A stretch of DNA of 64,000 bases from Candidatus Rifleibacteriota bacterium (lineage in GTDB: Bacteria > Muiribacteriota > Ozemobacteria > Ozemobacterales > Ozemobacteraceae), in NCBI GenBank assembly GCA_015233565.1, contig JADFXM010000039.1, forward strand, positions 3,522 to 67,521. Direction: 5' to 3'. The notes under the pieces are model-generated. The model did not search any database, was not told the DNA's origin, and was given only the letters and a program-made list of their open reading frames with translations. Positions 49,232-61,600 of the stretch are shown here, one piece after another; within the stretch, counting starts at the first letter, position 1; each line of letters begins with the position of its first letter. The position numbers and the translations under genes were made by a program.

Positions 49232-49304
49232 GGACCGTTAGCTCAAGTGGTAGAGCAACTGACTCTTAATCAGTAGGTTGCAGGTTCGAGTCCCGCACGG
49301 TCCA
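49232..49304 (+). tRNA. tRNA-Lys(CTT)
   Basis: Acceptor ggaccgt/acggtcc; anticodon arm actga-ctCTTaa-tcagt. Confidence 0.96.
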
Positions 49305-49538
49305 TTTCTAGTTCGTTTTTCACCTTTTCTTCTTTGCAACTCCAAAAATTTTTAAATCTGTTGGTCATTATTTTTATTTTCAGATTTCCCAACCTCGGGG
49401 ATTTAAATTTGATACCATTTATTCGATTAATGAACCACCAAGTTGCTTTGGAAGGCATCTTCTGATTTATTTTTGTGAATGTTGGTCTCAGAAATAATCC
49501 AGTCGAAAAGTATTCCAAAAGTCTGTTAAACTCTTGCT

Positions 49539-49565
49539 TAATAACCGCCTTGATTTTGCCGATTA
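49539..49565 (+). promoter_or_regulatory. Putative sigma28-type promoter of the giant ORF
   Basis: (T)TAATAACC-N11-GCCGATTA, 36 nt upstream of ATG 49602. Confidence 0.6.
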
Positions 49566-49601
49566 ATTTTCCAAGGAATTTTTTTAGGTTTTTTGAAAAA
49601 A

Positions 49602-52600
49602 ATGATTGGAAAACAATTTTTGCTGAAAAAGACAAGGAATTACTGGAATGTGATTCTTGTATTGTTTTGCTTTTTCTTTTTTTGTGGAGCAAAATTGTTT
49701 GCTGACCCCCCAGCATATATTTCTAATGTTCAGAGTATAACCACAAATCCACCCTATGGTGGAGACGTGGCGACTATTGGTGCTAAAATCACTTATACTT
49801 TGACGACTGGAATTTCATTACCCGGAGATGATCCGGTTCAAGCTTGGATAACTCTCTGGGATGGCGGTCCGTCTTTTCTAATGGCTCCAACCCTTCCTCA
49901 GACACCGCCTTTTTCCACTTTTACCACCACGTACACTGTTCCAGAGGGAACATGGAATTCCCAGGCAACTCCCTTCAAATTTCAATTTGTTTCCACGGGC
50001 TCTCCAACAAGCCCTGTTTCAGTAAGTGCACCCAATATTAATCAGATAAAAATTGACAATATGCGCCCCAAGGTGAGCGGGCCAATGACTGTTCAGATAC
50101 GCTCATTTCCTTATTCATCTGCGCCAATTTCCTGGACTGGCCAGTGGATCAAGAAAGATGACAAGGTCATTTTAACTCAAGCAGTTGACACAACAGCCTA
50201 TCAAGCTGGTGAATCAGCGGTTGTTGATGTAAGCAGCCTTCAACCTGGGGCAGGCAATACTCAACAAGCATTGTCTTTTGACAACGGTAACAAAAAGTAT
50301 GTTTCACCGGAATTGCTCGTAGAAAGTTGGTTGGATAATTCAGGTTCCCCTATTGATTATCACGCAGTTGATCTTTATGGAAACGCTACTGATGCCAACC
50401 CAATTCTTTTACTTCCCGTAGATACTACACCGGCAACGATTACAAGTATTGTGTTCAACCCGGCGACTACTTCTGTTTCTGCTTACAAAGCAAATGACAC
50501 AGTTACTATTACTGTCAACCTCCAAGGTCATGACTCAGACTCAGTTATTGCATCCTGCACCTGGTTGTCTCCCTCCGGAATCAATCTCCCTTATATATCC
50601 GGGAATGCTCCGGCAATTTTTCAAAAAACCATTACAGTTTACCCTTCTCCACCTGCGACTCGATTCGCTGGCCCCACGCCATGCGATTTTATCGTGACCG
50701 ACAAAGCAGGAAACATTACAACTTCCAGCGTGCAATTAAACATCGACAACACGATGCCGCTACTTCCAAATCAGCCAACTGCCGCAATTATCCAAACTAA
50801 TGGAAAGCTTAGTGATTCGGTCGGTATTATAGGTGATCGTTTGATTCTTCAGGCGACTGCAACTTTTTCACCCAGTCAAAGCGGAAAGGTTTTCATCGAC
50901 TTATCACCCCTGGGGCCGAATTGTCCAAGCGCTCTTGAAATTCCTGGAGCCGGGGTTGCAGGCAGTTATGGTATTGCTTATACCCTTCCGGCTGGAATAG
51001 CTGAAGATCCGGATCAGAGAACCTTTACCGTAACGGCGAAAGATATGAACGCCGGAGGAAATGTTGTAGCAAGTTGGACTACTCCTCCTATAATAATCGA
51101 TAATACTCCTCCCGTGATTTCGAATACCAGCGTTACACGTTTGAGTGGCACTGCCGGCAAATATAAGATTGGAGATCAATTTCAAATTTCTGCAAGAGTT
51201 CTTAACTTGGATGGAGCCGAACTTGGAGCTGTTGGGGTAAATGTGGCTTCGCTTTCAAGTTTATACACTTCTAGTACCCCACTTACAAGAAATTCGGCCG
51301 ACCCTTCTTTGTTTGAAGGAATTTTCACAGTTGGAAGCTTTACTGATGTAACAAGAGGTTGGAATGGTGTTTCAGATATCAAACTGATCGCTTCAGATGC
51401 CCAGGGGAATCTTGCCACAGCCTCAGTTTCCACTATTGATCCAATATATAATGTTTTTCCCGACGTTCTTGCTACAACCTGGTCAGTAAATCCACCACTT
51501 GACAGCGCTCAACATTCTTATGTGCGAGTTGGCGACAGTGTGACGCTATTGGTGCAGCTTTCCCAGATCATCAACGGTGAAACAGTGGTTTCAAATCTTT
51601 CAAGTGTGAATGGCTCGGCAAATCAGTCGCTAACTTATGATGGAATAGGAACTTACACATATACCTGGAAAATAGCAACCGGTTCTCTGAACAATGGTGC
51701 TACTTTCCCAGTGACGATTTCAGATAGTGGTGGAAATTCAACAGTAAAAATAATTTCCATCCAGCCATACGACGATTCTCCACCAAGCCCAGGATCCATG
51801 ATAATGACCGGAAAGGACTGGGTGGATTCACCAAATGCTGTAAACATTGGGGACCAGTTAAATTTTAGAATCCCACTGACTCTTGCTTCTCCTGATGATC
51901 ATGGAACTGCGACAATAGATCTTTCTAGGGTAGGTGGGCCATCAGCGGCTACTATGACTTTCTCCGATGCTTCATATTCAGTCTTTTTTACAGCTACAAA
52001 TACCAGTGTCAATCTTGAGGAGACCTCTTATTCATTTACGGCAGTTATTACAGATAAAGCAGGTAACTATCGTTTAGTACAAAACGGTCCTCACGTTGTC
52101 GACTGTTGGCCCCCAAAACTATTGGAGTTAAAGACCGGAATCAGGGAAGGTGTTTCCACAGCCACAATTGGAATGCATGTTGAGTTGCATGCCCACACCG
52201 CCGAAGAGGATACCGGTGTTCCATATGTTGATTTGTCGGCCTTCGGTCTGTCAGCTACAACCTACATGACTGGATCTTCAACCCCGCATTGGTGGGATTA
52301 TTCATTGGCAATAGCAACAGGAGGAGCAAGCGGAATATCAATTTTTGATAATAAGCTGGCTTCCTGGTCGGTCACGATCAAAGATGATGCTGGGAACATT
52401 GCTTCAATGCAAACAGCAAATGTCGGAATTGATAATAACCCTCCAATTGTTAATGGGGCTTTTACGGTATCTCCTTCCGATAAAGTAAAATTAGGGGATA
52501 CTCTCACTTTTTCCCTTCCAGTCAGTGGAGATATTGGAACAGCGACGGTCAATCTGGTGTCCATCGGACGGTTGGCAAGTTCCCAAATGTCCTATTCCGC

Positions 52601-55600
52601 CCCAAACTTTACTCTTTCAACAACAACTGCTCTTACAACTGTGGAATATACAAATTATGTCTTTCAGGCAACTATCACAGATAGCAATGGCAACAAAGTC
52701 ATTGTTAATTCCAATCCAGTAAATTTTATCGACTGCTTACCGCCAGCATTTGCAAATGGCGGAATAAACATTTCCCAGACAAATTCAGACAACCCAAATT
52801 CTTTGGTTGCAAACATAAATGATACTTTAACTGTTTATGCTTCCATGAGTTACTATGCTGACGCTATAGGTTCGGCAACTCTTATTGCGAGTGGAGTACA
52901 AGTTGCAACTGCGACAATGAAATATGTTTCAGCAAGGAATCGACACGAAGCAACTTTTGTTGTACCGAAATCAGGTTCTGTAAATTGGGGCGATTTGAAC
53001 GAATCACCGGTTTCGTTTATTTTAACCGCCACTGATGACGTTGGAAATGTGGCAACTTCGAGTTCCGGGGCAGCAGCATTCACTATCGACAACCTCACTC
53101 CAATAATCAATGGAGTTACCTGGACAGTCTATCCAAGTATTGCCACAAGTACTTTCAATGGTGAGCCTGTCATAAACGTTGGATCAGGAACAACTCTGGA
53201 CCTTCTTTGGGCTTCAGCTACAATAGATACAAACATTTCGGACGCGTTCTTCAATCTTTCCGCGTATCCTGGGGGGCCATCCAAGTTCGCAATTGCTTAT
53301 TCCGGCCAAGTTGCAAGTTCAAGTCCAGGTGTTTCTCTGAGCGACTATTCTTCCACAAATTGGACTCACGCAACTTTTTCTATTACTTTGAAGGATCAGG
53401 GGGGGAACTCAGTCATTTCCTCACAATCTTTTTACATCGACACCCGTCGCCCGCAACTTACTGATGCCTCCTTTAATGGAAGCATATTAACACTTACTTA
53501 TGATGAGGAAATATGGACGTTTGACCCCACCCAGTTTGAAATCTGGGGGAGTACGACCGCTGGAATATCTACTTTTACGGCTTTAAGCACATACACTCCT
53601 CCACTTGGATTGTTCAGCGTTGACCTTCCAATTCCCATTGCTTCCAGAACCATTATGACCACCTGGGCTTCTCAATCACTTTATTTGAGAGCTAAAACCG
53701 GAGCTGCTGTTACCGATTTTGCGGGGAACTGGTGTTATCAATATGACCGTTTTCCAATAACTCTCACCTCAACTGCATGGCGGGAACCACCAAGAATTAA
53801 TTCTTTGGTTGTAACTCAAACCTGGCCAGCGTCTCCTTCAGTAATACTGGACTTTTACTTCAGCAAATCAATTGCTCCAGGTTCGTTAGTGGCCTCGAAT
53901 GGAGTATTATTTGTTACCGCAAACGATTTTTCAACAGTGGATTATAGAAATGGTTATGTTTTCCAACCCACAGATGCAGTGTCATGGCCGGGAAGTGATA
54001 ACACTCAACTTCGAATAACCCTTGCCTCAGATTCAGCGGCATGGGTTGCAAAAAAGCTTGGAAATGGCACAACGACCCTTAAATTTGCAACAAGATCTGG
54101 TGCATCAGTGTTTTTAAAGGACGATTTACAAAAACCTATGGGGGCCATTTCATCAGCAAGTCCGGTTTCTGCAGGCGTTACTCGCCCATATACCGTTTCC
54201 CCTCCACCCTTCGCTTTTAACGTTGAAAGCGGGAGTTCAGGTACAAGTCCTCCAATTTTGGATATTTCGGGATCAAAAGGTCTCCTAAAGTTAAATTTTT
54301 CTGACGACGCGTTGCTATATTCCAATGACTTTGAAACGATCGATCAGATCATTCCGAAAATGGGAATGCCAATTCCCACGTATATTAAAAGAACAACTGC
54401 GTTTCATGGCAAAATTGCTCTGTTTGATTCAGGGGTTTCGCCGGCAACCAGTATTAATTTGACTTTCGAACCTCTAAGTCAGACACGCAATGGAAAGATT
54501 TCAAGTAAAACAGTCACTTTGGAACTTACCGATACTGACTTACAAAACATGCTGGCGATGTTCAAGAGTAATGCAACGCCATCTTGGCAACTTCAAGTGC
54601 AGTCGGGAGCGTTCTCTAACTGGTGGAGCCAGCCAAATCAAGCTTATGGAATATCTGAGCCGGGATTTGTTCAGCTTGCAACGCCGACTCCGCATGCTGC
54701 TTCCTGTACTCTTGCAGCAGTGGCATTTTCAGATCCATCACCAACAAAGTATCATTCTGCCGGCGATTTGACTTTCGAGTGCGAATTATTTCCCGGAACA
54801 CTTGGAAATTCGTGGATCCCCATTGCTTCCACCACTCCAACGGTTCAGATTCTTCGACAGGATAACAGTACTGTTTTGACAACCGGAACTTTCCTGGGTT
54901 GGGGGTCTCGCCAGGTAACGGGTGAAACAGCTCCAAGAGCGATTGCCAGATTCAAGAGCACGTCGAATCTGCCGCAGAATGTCGAACGGATACCTGCGGA
55001 AATAAAGATCGATTCAGTGTATGACATTTTTTCAAACAAGATGGACCCAAACAGTAATATAGGGTCGTTTGTTTTTGACCTTAGCGCACGCAACGATTCG
55101 ACTGTTGGAGGATTTAATACCGCTTCAGCAGCCTTGGTTATTGACTCCAGAGCTCCGCTGGTAGTTTCTGTCACTCCTTCTCCCGGGCCTATTGGGCAAA
55201 CTTCGATAAATGGACGATTTTTCGACGTAACATTTGATGAATCGATGGATACTACAACGTCTAACATTCCATTTCTTCAGCTTGCTACAACCGGACAAAC
55301 TCTGACTTTCAATTTCCAGACATGGATCAACTCAAGTCAAACAGCGCGATTTACTAATGCTCAGGCTATTACTCCAGCAACATTAAATGGCATCTGGACA
55401 TATCAGGTGGCCAGCGGGTATGATCCTGCGGGAAATATGATGGGTACACCAACTGGCTTGACTCTTGAAATTCGCTCGGCTTCTCCGGAGCCAACAATCG
55501 AAGTTCAAACCCGTCAACCCCAGCTCTCCAGTCAAGTCCTGGTTGGTCAGCCGCTCAGCCTTTCGGTTGGGGATGGGACTGCCACAATTAAAATTACCTA

Positions 55601-58600
55601 TCCGGATGTGCCATCTTATACCCCGCACAATTTGCAAGTATTTGATGCCAATGATGTCCAGGTTGCAACACTGACTCCGTCAGGAATTAATCCTCTTTAC
55701 GCCTGGTTCCCAGGACCATCTGCAAACTGGGTTTCAGGGAGATTTCCTTCAAGCAATCGAGGCCCTGAAACATACCGATTCAAAATAATCAATTCGCTTG
55801 GAAGCATTTCCTCTTTCTACATTGGTTCGATAATCCATGATAGTAAACCGGCTCAAATTAGCTCCTTTGCTTTCGATGACGGTTCCAAGGGGTTAAGTAT
55901 CGGTGGAATTCGTTATTACTCTTCTGCGTTGGGTTCAGCAACCATTACAATTCAAAGTGATGCAACGGATAGTCAGCGGTTGACTATAGCCTCGACTTCT
56001 TCTCAACTTCCCCAGGTTTATGATCTTACCAAGTCAGGTACAACACATTCAGCGGTTTTTGGCGGGTCATTGGATGAATGCCTTGCTACTTTCACCATGG
56101 TCGACTTAGCCGGAAACTTCGCCACAGGGGTAAAACCCACTTTCCTGGTTAAAGTGGATAAAACCTCACCAACAGTTATTTCGGTAAGCCCAAGTCAACC
56201 GATCGGACCGTCTTCGCCTGGGCAAACCACATTTGATATTACATTTAGCGAAGAAATGAATACAGCGGTGGTTCCCACTGTAACACTTTCAACAGGTAGC
56301 ACGATTATTCATTTACAGGGGATAGCGCCTTCCTGCTGGCTTTCATCCACAACTTGTCGACTTACCAACCAGGACGCAATTGTCGAGCTTCCCATTTCAA
56401 CTTATACTTACCAAATTTCCAACGCGAAAGATTACGCTGGGAATGCAGTTCTGCCATCAAATTTCCAGGTTTATATTTTTTCAAAAGGAACGCCTGCAAT
56501 TACGACTGTTTTAACGCGGCAACCCGGCATTTCTCCGGATCTATTTACAAATCAGCCGTTCAGTCCTTATGTGGGTGCCTCCTCCGCTACAGTGGTAATT
56601 TCCTTTTCGCCTGCAATCCAAGTGAATCCACCTTATCGATTGCTGGTATATGATACCTCAGATGTAAATGTAGCAACGTTTTCCATTTCATCAGGCAATC
56701 CCGGATCGGCCATATTCAGCAACAATGCTTCCCTTTGGGCTTCCGGAGCTGCACCAGGCACAAATACGGGCCCACAGACTTATCGTTTCAAACTTCTCGA
56801 CACATTCGGAAATATTTCCACAAGTTATATCGGATCGATTGTCTATGATAGCAAATCTACAAACATTAACTCGTTTTCCTTCAACGACGGGGGACGTGGA
56901 ATAGCAACAAATGGAATCAGGTATTACGCACCTGTTTACGGTTCAGCTACTGTTTCCATACAAGGAGACAATACCGACTCCCATAGGTTGGTATTTGCAT
57001 CCAACCCAGCATTGCTCCCTGTATTATTCCCTATGACAGTAAGTGGAAATACCCATTCAGTCGTTTTTGGTTCGGGAATAAGTGAATGTGTTGCAACTCT
57101 TAGTGTTGTGGATTGGGCGGGAAATTTATCAACCGGATCGCCTGCAAACATGACTGTTCGGTTTGATCGAACCGCGCCAATTGTTACTACAGCTTCTCCC
57201 TCGATGCCTATTGGGGTCAGAGAAGCTCTCAAAGGAATTTTCGATATCAGTTTTAGCGAACCAATGCAACAAGGCATTATTCCAACTGCAACTCTTGAGA
57301 ACAGCTTTGCCATAATCAATCTTCAACCAATCAGCTCGACTCCATGGATTTCCTCTACCGTCTGTCGTTTTACCAATCGTGATGCGATTAAAGATCTTCC
57401 CATCGGAACCTATACATATTTTGTTTCCGGGGCGCGAGATTTGGCAGGAATAGACAATTTAACCGGGTCGGCGCAAGTTTACATTCATTCCACAAGTGCA
57501 TCTGCGACCGTTACGATTTTCACAAAGCAACCGCAGATTTCCAGTGATGTTCTTTCGGATCAACCTTTCAGTACAAAAGTTGGTGATGGAAGTGCAACTG
57601 TCCAGTTTGATTTTTCGCCTGATATAATGGGAGGCTCACCATTCAACATGATCGTTTGTGATCAGAATAATGTTCCGGTCGCAACCCTTCCAATTTCAGC
57701 AGGAAATACCGGATTCAGCACTTTTCCAGGTTCATTTTCGAACTGGGCATCAAATAAATTTCCAGCATTGAACGTTGGGCCTATCAATTATCAACTTAAA
57801 GTATCAGACAAATTCGGGAATCTTTCAACCTCTTTAAAAACTTTGATCTTTGATTCGAACTCTCCTTCAATTAACACTTTCACTGTTTCAGACGGAGGAG
57901 GAATTGCAACGCTGTCTCCGGATCTTCAGAGAACCGTACGATATCACTCTCCAGCACTTGGACATGCGGTAATATCGCTTGGGACAAATTCAAACGATAG
58001 TCTTCGTTTGTTGGTTGGGCCATCGCTTAAGTCCGCGACCACCACTTTTGCATTGACGGGCGGAGGTTCGACAAGTAATTACTCACTAGAACTTGATACC
58101 ACAACATTTCCTGAAACGGAAGGAATTTTAAGAGTTGCGGATCTGGCAGGAAATACTGCGATAGGAGCTCATCCAACCCTGGGAATTCTGATAGATCAGA
58201 CTTCGCCAACTGTGAAATCAGTTTCTCCAACTCAACCAATAGGAGCAATTCAGGCAGGAAACGGTGTTTTTGATTTCACGTTCAGCGAAAGAATGAATAC
58301 AGCAGTAGCGCCCAATGGTCAGATCACCAGTGGAAGCGTTTCCATCAGGCTTCAGGCAACCGCGCCGGGGTGCTGGATCAGCCCCTATATCAGCCGAATG
58401 ACAAATCTTGATCCGATTTTAAATATTCCTCCTTCAACTTACTCCTGGCAAATCAGCGGTGCTGTTGATTACGCTGGCAATGCCAATCTGCCTTGTACAC
58501 AACAAATTTTCATTAACTCAACAGCTCCATCCGGACAAGTTATTATTCTGACAAAGCAACCGCGAGTATCAAACCAGATTTTCCAGAATCAGCCTTACAG

Positions 58601-61600
58601 CTCAATTGTAGGAGAATCTTCGGCCACAGTTTTGATCACTTTTCCATCGAATACCAATTTAACTGCTCCTTATAGTCTTTTGGTCTATGATTCCATTGGA
58701 GTCAATGTTGCAACTTTCCCCGTAGATTTGAACGCCCCTGTAAAAGCGATTTTTTCTACCAATTCAGTTTATTGGGCCAGCGGCAAAACTCCTGGTACAA
58801 ATGTTGGTCCTATTTCCTATAATTTGAGCCTGATTGATGGATTGAAAAATATTTCATCACAGCCAATCGGAACTCTTGTTTTTGACACCAAATCATCTAC
58901 AATAACTGCTCTTCAATTCGATGACGGAGGTAAAGGAGAGGTGCTGGACGGAGTCAGATATTACTCTCCTAACTTCGGTTCGGCTTCAATTCAGCTTCAG
59001 AGCGACCAAACTGAAGTGTTAAGGATGGTTTTGGCTTCAACCTCCGCTTATCTTCCTGAGCTATTCCCAACCTCATTTAACGGAATTTCCTTTCAGGGAG
59101 CATTTGGAGGATCACTGGCCGAAACCGTAGCAACAGTCACCTTTGTTGATCCAGCCGGGAACTCTTGCGGTGGAGTTCCTTCAATCTTGTCAATCAGAAT
59201 CGATCGCACTCCCCCGCAAATCACAACTATTATACCTTCCGGGCCAATTGGAAGTATTGATGCTGGAAACGGCGTTTTTGATATTCAGTTTTCCGAAAAG
59301 ATGCAAACTTCCTCTGTTCCAACCGTTTTCCTGCAGAAGGATTCAACAGTTATCAATATGAAACCCATTTCCACTTCACCATGGATTTCACGAACTGTTT
59401 GCCGCTTTACCAATAGTGATGCAATCAGAGATGTCCCGGTAGGAACCTATACTTTTGCTGTCTCCGGTGCTAAAGACCTTTCCGGACAGGAGAACAGCCC
59501 ATCGCAAAACCAGATTTACATTAACTCTACGGGCCTGGTTCCCAGCTTTACCGTATTAACCAAGCAACCAAATCTCTTCAAGGATATATTGACGAATCAG
59601 CCGTTCAGTACTTTAGTTGGTGATGGCTCAGCAACTATTTCGCTTTTATTCACTGCAGATGCTCAAAATGTTTCTCCACTGAACCTCCAGGTTTTCGATG
59701 ACACTAATAGCCAGGTTGCCACTCTTCCAATTTCGTGGGGAATGCCGGCAACATCGGTGTTTCCGTCTTACAGTTCTAACTGGATTTCGGGGAAGTTTCC
59801 TCTAGCTAATCAGGGACCCATTTCTTACCGTTTCAAAGTGATCGATCGTATCGGAAACGTTTCCTCCAACTATATTGGAACACTGGTATTCGATTCTCTT
59901 CCGGCGAATGTTTCTTCGCTCTCTTTGGATGATGGCAACAAGGGTGTAATTCAAAATGGAATAAAATATTTTTCACCTGCACTTGGAACCGGCAACTTAT
60001 CTGCTCAAACCGATTCGGCTGATTCTCAGCGGCTCATAATTTCTTACGGAAGCGGATTTCCAACATCATTCGTAATGACACCAAACGGTAACACTCACTC
60101 GTTTGCATTCAATTCTTCCATTCCTGATGGAATTGCAACTATGACTCTTGCTGATCTTGCCGGGAACCCAGGTTTGGGAGCCAGCTTATCGGTAGTGTTT
60201 GATTCTACGCAACCGAAGGTCGTCAGCGTGATTCCGGCAACTGAAATTGGCCCTTATCCGGCTCTTTCCGGACAGTTTGACATAAAGTTCAGTGAAGCGA
60301 TGAATCCAAACGTTGTGCCAACCGTTACTCTTCAGAATGGTAACATCTCGATTCCGCTGGTTCAGGCTATACCGGCACCAGGATGTTGGATTGGTTCCCA
60401 AACGGTGAGATTGACCAATCAATATTCATTAACTGATTTCCCTCAAGGAAAATATTCTTATATTATTAGTGGAGCAGCGGATTTGGCCGGTAATTCATCG
60501 GTGAATACCAATGCCGGAGATTTCACTTTAACCCTCAATCCGGTTGAAGCTGCTTACGTAGTGACATTTTCAACCAGGCAACAAACCATTAGTAACACTC
60601 TCTTGGTAGATAAACCTTTCAGCCCGGTTGTCTCGCCATTTTACGGAACGCTTTCAGTTACCAAGCAGAATTCAGCTCCAGGCATTCCAAGTGAAATCAG
60701 GGTATTCGATTCATCCAATAATCTTATTGCAACAACTCCTCTTCTGATGAGTGCAAATGTTGGAACTGCAACCGTAAACGCACAATTCTTCAATAACCCA
60801 GGAAAAGCAGGACCCATTTACTTTAACATCAAAATAGCCGACAACCTTGGTGGAGTTAGCAATTTCTCTAAAGCTGTTACCTACGACGGTCTTGAACCCA
60901 CAGTTAACTCAGTAACTTTCAATAATGCTACGGCTCTGGGAAGCACTGTTTGGTATAGCCCAACGATTAAAGGTGATCTCTCCTTTTCAGTACAAGCTGG
61001 TTCCGGAGATCCACTTAACGCCCTTTTGGTTACGCCAACCGGTACTCAAAGCTATCCCATGACAAAACCGTCTTATTATTATTCCGGAAGAATACCGGCC
61101 AAGGATTTTTCTTCCCTTGCAGACGGTCAATATTCAATCTACTTTGCTGATGATGCCGGTAATCTTGCCACCGGGCCGGCAAATTATTCACGAATATATG
61201 TAGATCGTGTGGCTCCCGGAGTTACAAATTTCAAGAGCTTTCCTGCGACTCCTTTAAAAGCACTAGGGGTTGGTTTGGCCTCATTCACAGTTACGTTCAA
61301 CGAAAAGATCAATCAGTCCGCTTCCACTACCCCTCAGCTTTCTCTTGCTTCGGGATCATATGTAATCAAAGCAAGGCTGGCGAATTGGAACAATGAAAAG
61401 GAAGCGGTTTTCGTTAATGACGATCCAATTACTGGATCCATTCCTCAAGGAAAGTGGGATGTCGTAATAAAAGCTTGGGACCCCGCAGAAAACGTTCTTC
61501 AGACACAACTTCCCGGTTTAATTTCGATTAACTCCCAAGGCCCGGCTATATCTGATTATTCCATTGAATCGTATCAGCAAACAACTGCCACGCTTCCGTT

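Noticed and set aside
49305-49600. Prophage or genomic island integrated at tRNA-Lys
   Set aside because: No integrase and no duplicated tRNA 3' end was seen within the window.
48609-49716. ORFs 48609-48845, 48635-48817, 48658-48864 and 49270-49716
   Set aside because: They overlap tRNA genes or the start of the giant ORF and are typical shadow frames.
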